Below are positions 1 through 10,969 of a stretch of 64,000 nucleotides of DNA, piece after piece. The stretch lies in the NCBI GenBank assembly GCA_000004695.1, contig CM000154.2:3648001-3712000 (forward strand). The letters are read 5' to 3'. Below the pieces are notes generated by a model. That model did not search any database, had not been told where the DNA came from, and saw nothing but the letters and a program-made list of their open reading frames with translations. Origin of the DNA: Dictyostelium discoideum. Taxonomy: Eukaryota. The position numbers and the translations under genes were made by a program. How positions within the stretch are numbered: the first letter of the stretch is position 1; the number at the start of each line of letters is the position of its first letter.

Positions 1-401
1 AATGTAGTTTTAGTTGCTCTCATTCTCTCCATTTGACCTCTTAACTTTACTAAATCATTTGCCATCCTTTTTGCTTCATCATTTCTACCTGCTTTTGCTA
101 ATTGTTTAATTTTACCTATATATTCTTGTTCAACTATTTTTAATCTATTTAATTCTCTATCCATTTCTCTTTGTCCTTTTGATAATTCTCTTTTACTATC
201 TTTTAACTCCTCTTTTTTTTTTTTAAAAAAAAAAAATAAAAAATAAAAAATAAAAAATTGGTTATTTAAAATTAAAATTATAAAAATAAAGAGTAATTAG
301 TATAAATAATTAATTAATGTTATTTTTGTTTCCATTAATGAAAAATGAGAAGAGTAATACAAACGTTCTGGAGTCTTTTTATTACCGCCAAAAAAACTCA
401 T
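1..401 (-). CDS. ESCRT-III CHMP2/Vps2-like protein, 5' part only (gene continues beyond window start)
   Basis: Minus-strand exon 1 is 365..401 (ATG complement of cat 399-401; MSFFGGNKKTPE, phase 1, donor GT at 364-363). Exon 2 is <1..211 (acceptor AG 213-212). The spliced product is MSFFGGNKKTPEQELKDSKRELSKGQREMDRELNRLKIVEQEYIGKIKQLAKAGRNDEAKRMANDLVKLRGQMERMRATKTT. This aligns residue-for-residue with the human CHMP2A N-terminus (MDLLFGRRKTPEELLRQNQRALNRAMRELDRERQKLE...AKQGQMDAVRIMAKDLVRTRR). Confidence 0.7.
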
Positions 402-783
402 TTTTATATTTTAAAAAAAAAAAAAAAAAAATTTATAACTATTTAGCTATATATGTATGAATTTATGTGTATATTAAATTTATTTAAAAAACAAAAACAA
501 AAAAAAAAAAAAAAATAGTAAATTAATTTTTAAAATAAAAAAAAAAAAAAATAAGAAATTTTTTAAAAAAAAAAATAAAAAAAAAAAAAAATTGAAAATT
601 TGGAAATATCTCGAAAAAACGGGAGGGTTAAATTATTGATTTTTTTTTTTTATATTTTTATTTTTTACTTCTTTTGGTGAAAAAAAAAAAAATGGTAAAA
701 ATAAAATCTATTATTAATCTTTTTTTTTTTTTTTTTCTTATGATAAATTCAATTGATTTTTTTTTTTTTTTTATAATTTAGGA

Positions 784-1103
784 TTAAAGAAACCTATTGT
801 TTTTATATTGGTTATCAAATATTTGATTTGTTGAAACAATACCTTTTTCAATATAATTCTTGGAATTTGAATCTAATTTATCAATTTCATATAAATAATT
901 TATCATTATACCATAACTTTCATCAATTCTTTTCTCTGATTCATCAGCATCCCAATTTAATCTATAAATTGAAGCACCATTCTTTAAATGAAAATTACAA
1001 ACTGGGTCAAACACTCTATTCGGTTTACTTTTCTCTTTAAAAATATAACTTTTAAAAAAAAAAAAATAAAATAAAAAAAAAAAATAATTAATACTTGTAT
1101 TTT

Positions 1104-1143
<40 letters not shown>

Positions 1144-2227
1144 TTAATGCTAAAGATTGTAATTGTGGTTTAACTTCTTCTAAAGATGCTCTATCTTTAA
1201 TATGTTCAACGAATTTTGGATGATTTTTTGATAAATATTTTTTAAAACGTGGTAATGGTGAAAGAGTACAAAAATTCTTAATTTCAGGTTTATCCAATCG
1301 AATATATTCAACAGCTTTTGTAATTAATATATGACCTAAATTAACACCACCTAATCCTTTATGAAGTGATGAAATTGAATAGAATATTGCTGAATCAATA
1401 TTTAATGATGATGATGATGATGCTGATGATGATGTTGATGAACTATTATCATTATTATTATTTTCAATAATTTGCATATTATTTGGTATACCATTTGTAA
1501 AAGCAATATATAAAGACATTAAAGGCATGTTTGGTAAAAGTGGATGAAATAAAACTAAACATGTTCTATTTTTACCAGTTCTTTGTTTAATTTCATCTAT
1601 TGGATTCAAAGGATTTTCATATGGATGTACTGCTTCATTATCAACTATTTGTCTCCAAATTTTTGGTTCCATCTTTTCTATATCTAATGGTTTACAATAT
1701 AATCTATGATGACTTTTTAAATTCTCTTTAATTAATTCACCTAATAATGTATCGAATGAATATAATTGTTCACCTAATCTATTTGTATTGGTTGTAGTAT
1801 TAGTAGTAGAAGTAGTTGTAGGTTGACAATTATATTTCTCTAAATCATCTCTAATTTTAATAAAGCTTTCTAATATATCTGATGAAATTGGCGAAATATT
1901 AATATTTCTAATCTCTTCTTTTGAAATTTTATTATCACTTAGTTGTGAATCTAATACAAATGATTCAATTAATTTCTTTTTTTGTTCTAAACTGTAATTT
2001 GAAGACTTATAAATATAATCTTTAAAAAATTTATTAATTTCATCTTCATTCTTTTTATTATTATTATTTTTATTATTATTATTAAGTAATGTTGAAAAAT
2101 GCATTCTAGGTTTATTGTTAAAGTTAAAGTTATTGTTATTGTTATAAATAATATTTATATTTTGTTTATTACTATAATTTAAAAAATTATTAAAATGTTT
2201 TAAAATAATATTATTTCTTGCTAACAT
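784..2227 (-). CDS. Malonyl-CoA decarboxylase, two exons: complement(join(784..1027,1143..2227))
   Basis: The 362-aa minus ORF 1139..2227 carries the MCD catalytic-domain motif CTLSPLPRF (human FSTLSPIPGF) and LVLFHPLLPNMPL. The ORF ends at AAG|GTAAAA (donor GT 1142-1141, phase 2). The intron is an oligo(T/A) tract. Acceptor AG 1029-1028 joins ORF 784..1014, which matches the MCD C-terminus (FDPVCNFHLKNGASIYRLNWDADESEKRIDESYGIMINY vs human [38 protein letters not shown]). The splice is in frame. Confidence 0.8.
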
Positions 2228-2992
2228 TTTTATTTTTTTTTTATTTTTTTTTTTATTTTATTTTATTTTACTTGTGTTTTGTATTTGGTTTATTTTTAAC
2301 TTTTTTTTTTTTATTTGTTTTAAATTTTTTTTATTTTTATTTCTGTTCGGTGAATGAGATCTCAATTAATTAAAGTCTTTTCAAAATTCCCACCACTTTT
2401 TTTTTTTTTTTTTTTTTTTTAATTTTTTTTTTTATTTTTAATTTTTTATTTTTTTTTTTATTTTTTAAATAAATTATTTTATGGGTCAAAATTGTAAAAA
2501 AAAAAATTAAAAAAGGAAATAATTATTTATTTACCCAAAAAAAAAAAAAAAAAGGGATAAAATTTTTCTCAAATTTATTTTGTGTGACTAAAAATAGTTT
2601 GGAAAAAAAAAAAAAATTATTTCAATCAAAACTAATTTTCTTGGATGACATCATAAATACTAATTTGAAAAAAAAAAAAAAAAAATAAAATAAAAAAATA
2701 AAATAAAAAAATTGAAAAAAAAAAAAAAAACCTAATCGATTAAAAAAAATAATAATAAAATAAAAAATAAAAATAAAATAAAATAAAATAAAAACTTAGC
2801 CTTGAAGGCTTCGCTTGAATGTCAACTTATAACAAGGCTATTGCCAACTTATAACAAGGTTATGTCAACGGTTAATATTTCCAACCTTTTTTTTTTTTTT
2901 TTTTTTTTTTATATTTTTTTTTAATTTTTAATTTTTTTATTTTTTTTTTTTAATTTTTTAATTTTTTTTTTTCATAAAAATTTTTGGGCCAT

Positions 2993-3023
<31 letters not shown>

Positions 3024-3510
3024 CAAAATAAATACCAGTACAGTTATAATATTACAACACAAATTAAAAGTAGATATTTATCAATAAAAGTTTTTATAAT
3101 AAATTCCCTTTCTCTCTCTCTTTCTTTATTTCTCTCTTCTCTCATCAACTAAAACTTTTCACACATAATAAAACCACACCCACACACATGACCCACACAC
3201 AACAATTCAATTTTTTAATGAATTTTTAAACCACATATGTAACAAACAACACAAATTTATAAATAAAAATACATACTTACATTTTAAATTTTTTAAAAAA
3301 AAAAATTCATTTTTATTTTTTATTTTTTTTATTTTTTTATTTTTTTTTTTTATAGATAATTATTTTAGTGGGATATTAAAAAGAGTTTTTATATTTATTA
3401 AATAATAATATATATAAAAAAAAAAAAAAAAACAAATCAATTTTTCAATTTATAGCGAATTTAAATTAAAAAAAAGAATAAATACATAAATATATAAATA
3501 TATAAATAAA

Positions 3511-4395
3511 ATGTTAATTAGAGAATTTCGTGTTGTTTTACCACTTACAGTTGAAGAATATCGTGTTGGTCAATTATATTCAGTAGCAAAAACCAGTTCA
3601 CAAGAAACCTCAAATGGTGAAGGTGTTGAAGTTTTAGTTAATGAACCATACAAGGAACCAGAACATGAAGGTCAATACACTCATAAAATATATCATCTTG
3701 GTTCACGTCTTCCAGGTTGGATTAGAGCTCTCATTCCATCATCTGCTTTAAAATTAGAAGAAAAAGCTTGGAATGCTTATCCATATTGTAAAACCGTTTT
3801 AAAAAGTCCATTTTTAGGTGAAAAATTCACTTTTATCATTGAATCTCGTCATGCTCAAGATAATTGTAAAACTGAAAATGTAATTATTTTTTTTTCATTT
3901 TTTTTTCAATACACACAACACACACGCATACACTTTCAACATATATATTAATTTTATTTATCTATTTAGATTCATAACCTTTCAGAAAAAGAATTAAAAG
4001 AAAGAACAGTTGAAGTTATTGATATTACAAAACCAATTAAAGATCCAAAAAATTATAAAGAGACTGAAGATCCAACAAAAATCAGATCAGAGAAAGCAAA
4101 CCGTGGTCCATTAGAAGAGGAGAAATGGAGAGAAAGTACAGAAATGCCAATTATGACATGTTACAAATTAGTCACTGTCGAATTTAAATATTTTGGATTC
4201 CAAACTAAAGTTGAAAACTTTATGATGGGTATTGAATTTGATCTCTTCACCAAATTCCATAGACAAGTCTATTGTTGGTTAGATGAATGGTTCGGAATGT
4301 CAATGGATGACGTTAGAGCTTTCGAATTAAAAACTAAAGAAGATCTTAAAAAGAAATTAGAAGAAAAAGATGAAAATAAAGCCGCCGAAAAATAA
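3511..4395 (+). CDS. Phosphatidylinositol transfer protein (class I PITP), join(3511..3879,3970..4395)
   Basis: Exon 1 MLIREFRVVLPLTVEEYRVGQLYSVAKTSSQETSNGEGVEVLVNEPYKEPEHEGQYTHKIYHLGSRLP..AWNAYPYCKTV matches the human PITPalpha N-terminus almost motif for motif. Donor GTAATT at 3880, acceptor TTTAG at 3965-3969, phase 0. Exon 2 carries [44 protein letters not shown] (human [43 protein letters not shown]). Confidence 0.9.
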
Positions 4396-4539
4396 ATAAA
4401 TAAATTTAATAAATATTTATTTTTATTTATAAAATAATAATAATAATAATAAACAAATAAAACAAAATAAAATAAAAAATAAAAACTTAGTCCTCCCCCT
4501 AAAAAAAAATATGAAAAAAAACAAATAAATAATTAACTC

Positions 4540-4570
<31 letters not shown>

Positions 4571-4593
4571 ATAAATTAAAAATTAAAATTAAT

Positions 4594-5029
4594 TTATTCT
4601 TGTGATTCAGAATCACCAATGTTGAAGTATCTGAGTTCGTATGTATTTTTGGTGGTGGCAACAACACGTAAGAAATCTCTGATTTGTTTGAATTTTAAGA
4701 ATTTCTTTGTTAAATATTTGAGGTATCTCTTTGAGAATGGGATGGTGGTGTTGATGATGATCTTTGATTTATCTTTTGAGATAACAACATTTGAACCGAG
4801 GTTACTAACTTTGTTGTCAACTTTGATTCTGTCGTGTAAGTACTTTTCGAAAGCAGCAACATCAACGATTTTACCAGCTGGAGCGGTACAATCAATGACG
4901 AATTTATGAGATTTCTTTACGACGGTTTTCTATAAAAAAATTTATAAGAAATTCATAATTAGTTTATTTTATCCAACAAAAAAATATAAACTACTAATTT
5001 TAATAACTACTTACTTGGACGTTTGGCAT
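4594..5029 (-). CDS. rpl22: 60S ribosomal protein L22 (eL22), complement(join(4594..4920,5015..5029))
   Basis: Exon 1 is 5015..5029 (MPNVQ), with canonical GTAAGT donor at 5014-5009 and acceptor TTTTTATAG ending 4921. Exon 2 [111 protein letters not shown] matches human RPL22 (..[40 protein letters not shown]..). The plus-strand ORF 4619..4909 is its antisense shadow. Confidence 0.9.
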
Positions 5030-5961
5030 TGTTATATTTACGAGATGAAATGGTCACACTAAAAAAAAAAAAAAATAAAAAAAAATAAAAAAAATTTTTG
5101 GCAATCGAAAAAAAAAAAAAAAAATAAAAAGTGAAAAATAAAAATAAAAATCCTTTAAAATTTACTTTATCTGATCAATTGATGTGCATTTTTTTTTTTT
5201 TTTTTTCTTTCTTTCTTTACAAAGTTTTAATGTTTCTATTACTCTTATTTCTAAATATAGAAAATATTGTAAAAATGAAGTGGAATTAACAAAATATTAA
5301 TAAACGTTTTTCTCGGGAAAATTATAGAAAATAATTGGTTTTATAATCTTTTAATATATAATCTTAATTTAATCTTAAAATGGTGGTGACTTGTAAAATT
5401 ACGTTTTTTTAAACACGAATAAATTTAATAAAACAAAATAAATAAAAACAAATAAAAAAAATAAGAAAACAAAAAGATGTATTTATTTTTTATTTTTTAT
5501 TTTTTATTTTTTTACTTTTTTAAAATTATTATTATTATTATTTTATTTAAATGATATTATGTATAAATACCCCCAAATTTTAATTTTTAATTTTTATTTT
5601 TTTATTTTTATTTTTTTTTGATTTAATAATAACCTAATCTCTATTTGAATATCTTGGAAGTTTGGCTCTTTTTTCCTCCTAATTATTTATAATAAAAATA
5701 AAAATAAAAAAGAAGTTAATAAGTTTAGTAGTTTTTTTTATTTCCCAAATAAAATGGAAAAAAATAAAAAAATATAAAAAAAAAAAAAAGAAAAGAAAAA
5801 ATTGGTAATCAAACCTATTAGTATTTTCCTTTTTCATTCATTCACTTTTTTTTCTATTTTTATTTGTTTCTTATTTTTTTGTTTTGATTTATCCTTTTTC
5901 TTTTTTTTTTTTATAAAATAGTTTTTATACGTATCAAATTTATTAAAATAGTTGTACTTAC

Positions 5962-6657
5962 CATTGAGACAAAATCGTCATTATATATTAAGTGTGGTTC
6001 TTTCTGTGATTGCGAAATTTGTGGATTTACAACAACAGCAGGAGCAGATTTTAATACTGATGTTTGTTTTTTCTGTTGTGATTGTTGATATTGTTCAAAT
6101 GATTGTAAATTTGTGTCATTATTGGTATTATCATTATTATTTTCATTATTATTTTCATCATTATTAGTATTATTGTTGTTATTATTAATATTATTATTTG
6201 TATTATTATTGTTATTATTAATATTATTTGTATTGTTATTATTATTATTTTCCAAGTTATTACTATTGTTTGGTTCTTGTGGTTTTAATGGGGCTTGTTG
6301 ATTTGTTACATTATTTAATTTATCGGAAGGTGATGTTATTGAGCTAGGTGTTTGTGGTGATGTATTAGATGGTGGCGGAGGTGAATTATCAGTATTAATA
6401 TTATTTATATTGTTACTATTTATATTATTGTTGATATTATTATTATTACTATTGATATTGTTATTATTATTATTGTTATTATTATTATTATTTGGTGATG
6501 GTATATTTGAAAAAGGTGGTTTTGGATACATTGATGGTGGTAATCTTGGTGGTTGTGGTGATTGCATTGCAAATGAAATTGCCCCTTTTGGTTGTGGGGA
6601 ATTTTGATGATACGGTGGAATACCACCATTATTATTATTTAAATGTGGTGGTGGATA
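5962..6657 (-). CDS. Pro/Asn-rich low-complexity protein, internal exon(s) only; both 5' and 3' ends unresolved
   Basis: The minus frame is open from 6657 to 5911 (..NNNNGGIPPYHQNSPQPKGAISFAMQSPQPPRLPPSMYPKPPF..polyN..SVLKSAPAVVVNPQISQSQKEPHLIYNDDFVSM). A canonical GTAAGT donor sits at 5961-5956 directly after ..DFVSM, so there is at least one more 3' exon, which I could not locate. A possible 5' splice is AG 6586-6585 from the duplicated elp3-type first exon at 6760..6817 (see findings). Confidence 0.4.
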
Positions 6658-6896
6658 TTATTTTTACCATCTTTTTTTTAATTTTAAAAATTGAAATTTT
6701 AATATGTTAATTGGATAATAAAAAAAAAAAAAAAAAAAAAATTTAAAAAAAAGACTTACAAATTGGTTTAGCGCCTGCTTTTTTTGAAACAGGTTTTGGG
6801 TCATTCATTAATGACATTTTTTTTTTTTTTTTATATATACAATTACTATTTATTTATAAATATAAAATAATTTATAAAAAAAAATGTTGAAAATAA
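6655..6896 (-). repeat. Inverted-repeat copy A of the elp3 5' module (promoter-proximal sequence, ATG, 58-nt exon 1, intron 1 and first 10 nt of exon 2), minus orientation; abuts the assembly gap
   Basis: The reverse complement of 6655..6896 matches 8225..8470 almost exactly. It includes atgtcattaatgaatgacccaa[a/g]acctgtttcaaaaaaagcaggcgctaaacca[a/g]tttGTAAGTC, the whole AT-rich intron, and ...aaaagATGGTAAAAATA. Only 2 mismatches fall in the 58-nt exon. Copy A exon is 6760..6817 ([19 protein letters not shown]) with donor GT 6759-6758. Confidence 0.85.
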
Positions 6897-6996
6897 NNNN
6901 NNNNNNNNNNNNNNNNNNNNNNNNNNNNNNNNNNNNNNNNNNNNNNNNNNNNNNNNNNNNNNNNNNNNNNNNNNNNNNNNNNNNNNNNNNNNNNNN

Positions 6997-7670
6997 TTCA
7001 CCACCACCACCATTAAAATGATTTGGTGGCCAACCATTGTTGGTATTTGGTGGCCAACCACCACTATTTGGAGGCATTTTATGATACATTTGTGATGGTG
7101 GGCCATGATATGGTGGTTGATGATGTGGTTGGTGGTGTGGTTGGTGATGTGGTTGAAAATGTTGTGGTGGCATACATAGTAGAGGTGGTTGATTATTAAA
7201 CCACCACCACCTCCTCCCCCATATCCACTATTATATCCATTATATCCACTATTCTGATTCATATGACCACCATATTGCTGTTGTTGTTGTTGATATTGTT
7301 GATTATTCATATTATTCATATTATTCATATTGTTATTATTATTATCAAATCTAGCTTTTTTATTGTTATTATTGTTATTGTTATTATTATTATCATCTTC
7401 TTCTTCATCAGGTATACCTTCCATACCATAAATTTCATATTCTGGTGAATCTCTACCAGGTTTTGCATTTGGTACTTTAGTTAAAATTTCTTTATGTACA
7501 GTTTGAACATGAACTACCATACCACTTGCACTTGCTAATTTTCTATTACAATGATTACATTTAAAATGTTTTGCTTTTTGATGTTGAATTAAAATCTTTT
7601 CATCTTCAAATACTCTCTCACAATACCAACAATAGGGTTTTTCTTGTGTTGATCTTTTCTTTTTACCCAT
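6997..7670 (-). CDS. ZNF207/BuGZ-like C2H2 zinc finger protein; 3' end lost in the assembly gap 6897-6996; apparent 1-nt frameshift near 7194-7199
   Basis: ATG at 7670. [93 protein letters not shown] matches human ZNF207 ([86 protein letters not shown]). After [13 protein letters not shown] the plausible continuation ([61 protein letters not shown] 6850..7173) lies in another frame. No AG dinucleotide lies between them, so this is not an intron. Confidence 0.75.
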
Positions 7671-8224
7671 TCTAAATTAATTTTTAAATAAAAAAAAAAA
7701 ATATATATATATAAATTGTTTAAAGATGAAAACACAAAAATGATAAAATAAAAATTTTCAAAAAAAAAAAAATAAAAAAAAAAAAAGAAATTTTCAAAAT
7801 AAAAAAAAAATAAAAAAAATAAAAAAAAAATAAAAAATAAAAAAAAAAAAGTATCTAATTTATTAAAAAAATAATAATATTATTATTTATATTATTATTT
7901 ATATTTTTTTTCAATAATAATAAATTAGTACTTTAAAAGATAATCAAAATAGAAAAAAAAAAAAAAAAAAAAAAAAATTGAAAAAAAAAAAAAATTAAAA
8001 AAATTAAAAATAAAAATAAGGATATTTATTAAAAAAAGGTTTATAAAAAAAAAAAAAAGGAAATTAATTGGTCAAAATAAGGGCAGGGTTTTATTCTTAA
8101 ATTTTTACTAAAAAAAACCCAAAAATAAAAATTTTTTTTTTTTTAATTAAAATTTAAATTAAAAAAAGGAAAAAAAAAAAAAAAAAATCGAAAAATTCAA
8201 AATTTTTTTTTTTTTTTTTTTTTT

Positions 8225-8470
8225 TTTTATTTTCAACTTTTTTTTTTATAAATAATATTATATTTATAAATAAATAGTAATTGTATATATAAAAAAAAAA
8301 AAAAAATGTCATTAATGAATGACCCAAGACCTGTTTCAAAAAAAGCAGGCGCTAAACCAGTTTGTAAGTCTTTTTTTTAAATTTTTTTTTTTTTTTTTTT
8401 TTTATTATCCAATTAACATATTAAAATTTCAATTTTTAAAATTAAAAAAAAGATGGTAAAAATACACCAC
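8225..8470 (+). repeat. Inverted-repeat copy B (the functional elp3 5' end)
   Basis: See copy A. The two copies are in inverted orientation about 1.35 kb apart and bracket the ZNF207-like gene. Confidence 0.85.
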
Positions 8471-10157
8471 AATTTACAAAAACTGTTGGTGAAATTGTAA
8501 ATGCATTAATTAATGCTTATAAAGAAGGTAAAAAAGTGAATTTATTAAAGATTAAAACAGAATTAGCAGCAAAGAATTCATTATCAGATCAACCAAAATC
8601 TGTTGATATTATATCAGCAATTCCAGAATCATATAAAAATACATTATTACCATTATTAAAAGCAAAACCAGTTAGAACAGCATCAGGTATTGCAGTTGTT
8701 GCAGTTATGTGTAAACCACATCGTTGCCCACATTTAGCAATGACTGGTAATATTTGTGTATATTGTCCAGGTAAGTTTTTTAATAATAATAAAAAAAAAA
8801 AAAAAAAAAGAAAAAAGAAACTAATAATAAATAAAAATAATAAAAATAAATAGGTGGACCAGATTCAGATTTTGAATATTCAACACAATCATATACAGGT
8901 TATGAACCAACATCAATGAGAGCAATTAGAGCACGTTATAATCCATTTTTACAAACACGTCATCGTATTGATCAATTAAAACGTTTAGGACATAATGTTG
9001 AAAAGGTAGAATTCATTATTATGGGTGGCACATTTATGTCATTACCATCAGATTATAGGGATTATTTCATTCGTAATTTACATGATGCCTTATCGGGTCA
9101 TACATCAAATAATGTTGCAGAAGCAGTTAAATATTCAGAGCAAAGTAATGTTAAATGTGTTGGTATTACAATTGAAACACGTCCAGATCATTGTTTAAAA
9201 CTTCATCTTAGTAATATGTTAACCTATGGTTGTACACGTTTGGAGATTGGTGTACAAAGTGTTTTCGAAGATATTGCACGTGATACAAATCGTGGTCATA
9301 CAGTGCGTGCCGTATTGGAGTCATTTCAATTGGCAAAGGATAGTGGTTTCAAAGTGGTTGCACATATGATGCCAGATTTACCAAATATGGGTATGGAGAG
9401 AGATATCTATGGTTTTATGGAGTTTTTTGAGAATCCAGCATTTAGAGCTGACGGTTTGAAAATCTATCCAACTTTGGTAATTCGTGGTACAGGTCTTTAT
9501 GAACTTTGGAAAACTGGAACCTATAAAAATTATTCACCCGATTCTTTGGTGGATTTAATCGCAAAGGTATTGGCTTTGGTACCACCTTGGACTCGTATCT
9601 ATCGTATTCAAAGAGATATTCCAATGCCATTGGTTACAAGTGGTGTCGAGTATGGTAATTTACGTGAACTTTGTCTTGCTCGTATGAAAGATTTTGGTAC
9701 AAAATGTAGAGATGTTCGTACTCGTGAAGTTGGTATTCAAGAGGTACATCATAAAATTAAACCAGATCAAGTCGAATTAATTCGTCGTGATTACGTTGCC
9801 AATGGTGGTTGGGAAACATTTTTAAGTTTTGAAGATCCAAAACAAGATATTCTCATTGGTTTACTTCGTCTTAGAAAATGTTCAGAAACTTCTTTTAGAC
9901 CAGAGTTAAAGGAAAATTGTTCAATCGTTAGAGAATTACACGTTTATGGTAGTGTAGTTGGTATTCATAATCGTGATCCAACTAAATTTCAACATCAAGG
10001 TTATGGTACTTTATTAATGGAAGAAGCTGAAAGAATTGCAAGAGAAGAACATGGTTCAATTAAATTGGCAGTTATCGCTGGTGTTGGTACTCGTCATTAT
10101 TATAGAAAATTAGGTTATGAATTAGATGGTGTTTACGTTTCAAAATATCTTGGTTAA
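8306..10157 (+). CDS. elp3: Elongator complex protein 3 (radical-SAM plus GNAT acetyltransferase), join(8306..8363,8453..8770,8854..10157)
   Basis: Exon 1 [19 protein letters not shown] with donor GTAAGT 8364-8369 (phase 1). Exon 2 runs from 8453 (acceptor AG 8451-8452): ..[98 protein letters not shown], donor GTAAGT 8771-8776 (phase 1). Exon 3 runs from 8854: [42 protein letters not shown]...[30 protein letters not shown]. About 75% identical to human ELP3 over the full length. Confidence 0.9.
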
Positions 10158-10198
10158 TTATAATAATTTTTTTTTCCCAAAATATATATACTTTTAAA

Positions 10199-10236
<38 letters not shown>

Positions 10237-10886
10237 TATAGAATTTTAATAAATAAAAAAAATAAAAAAATAAAAAAATAAAAAAAAATTATTTAATTCA
10301 ATATTTTATTTCAATTTCTAATTTTTTTTTGTTATTTTAACTTCTGGAAATTGACATTTTTGTTTTTTTTTTATTTTTTTTTTTTTGGAGATTTTGGACA
10401 TGGTGATTTTTTTTTTTTTTTGGAACAGTTTGGTTTGATTATATTGTATTTTTTATCCAAGTAAGATATGATTTGAGGTTTCCTTTTGATCACAAAAGGA
10501 GCATGGCTTGTTGAAGGCTTTTGGTAGTGCTTTGAGTTCGTATTGCCAGAGTAGGTTCAAATGTGTGGGATGTCATTGTCCATATGTTGTTGCTACTCAG
10601 CTTTTTAAAATATGTAAAATTGTAACTAAAGCAATGCAACGTAACGAAAGTAAATGTAACGAAAGTGGTCAATTGTAATGTTTAATAATTTATTTAGGAA
10701 TTTAAATTCTCTTAATATTTATAAATTTAAATATATTTTTATTTAATACTTTTTAAGCATATAATTTCTTTATTATTATTAATGTAGGGGATAATACACT
10801 CGGAAGACTGAAGTTGGTACTGAGAATCGAACTCACGATCTTAAATTAGCGAATCTGACAAACCATTAAAATTCATTGGTCCATAT

Positions 10887-10960
10887 GGTCGGATGGTGTA
10901 GTCGGTTATCACGGTTGCTTTACACGCAACAGGTCTCGAGTTCGATCCTCGGTCGGATCA
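10887..10960 (+). tRNA. tRNA-Val (anticodon UAC), copy 1
   Basis: Cloverleaf: acceptor GGTCGGA/TCGGATC (one G-G mismatch at 5:68, one G-U), D-arm GTGT-AGTCGGTTA-TCAC, anticodon stem GTTGC/GCAAC with loop TTTACAC (U33, anticodon TAC 10921-10923, A37). Variable AGGTC, T-arm TCGAG-TTCGATC-CTCGG, discriminator A. A T5 run follows at 10965-10969. An identical copy lies 1400 bp downstream. Confidence 0.75.
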
Positions 10961-10964
10961 TATC

Positions 10965-10969
10965 TTTTT
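10965..10969 (+). terminator. Pol III oligo(T) terminator after tRNA-Val copy 1 (same at 12365..12369 after copy 2)
   Basis: TTTTT starts 5 nt after the discriminator base. Confidence 0.6.

Noticed and set aside
4619-4909. Plus-strand ORF 4619..4909 (96 aa)
   Set aside because: It is the antisense shadow of the rpl22 second exon, and its peptide has no family resemblance.
6113-6710. Several 60-72 aa ORFs made of L/I/V/Y runs (6113..6301, 6410..6607, 6420..6629, 6492..6710, 7263..7448)
   Set aside because: These are translations of (AAT)/(ATT)-type low-complexity DNA in the wrong frame or strand. They overlap the Pro/Asn-rich ORF and the ZNF207-like gene.
9442-9630. Minus ORF inside elp3
   Set aside because: It is antisense to a strongly conserved coding exon and has no features of its own.
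10795-10886. Possible minus-strand tRNA in the conserved block upstream of tRNA-Val (T-arm-like GTGAGTTCGATTCTCAG)
   Set aside because: No complementary 5' acceptor strand (GTTGGTA) and no anticodon stem can be formed. It is kept only as an unexplained conserved element.
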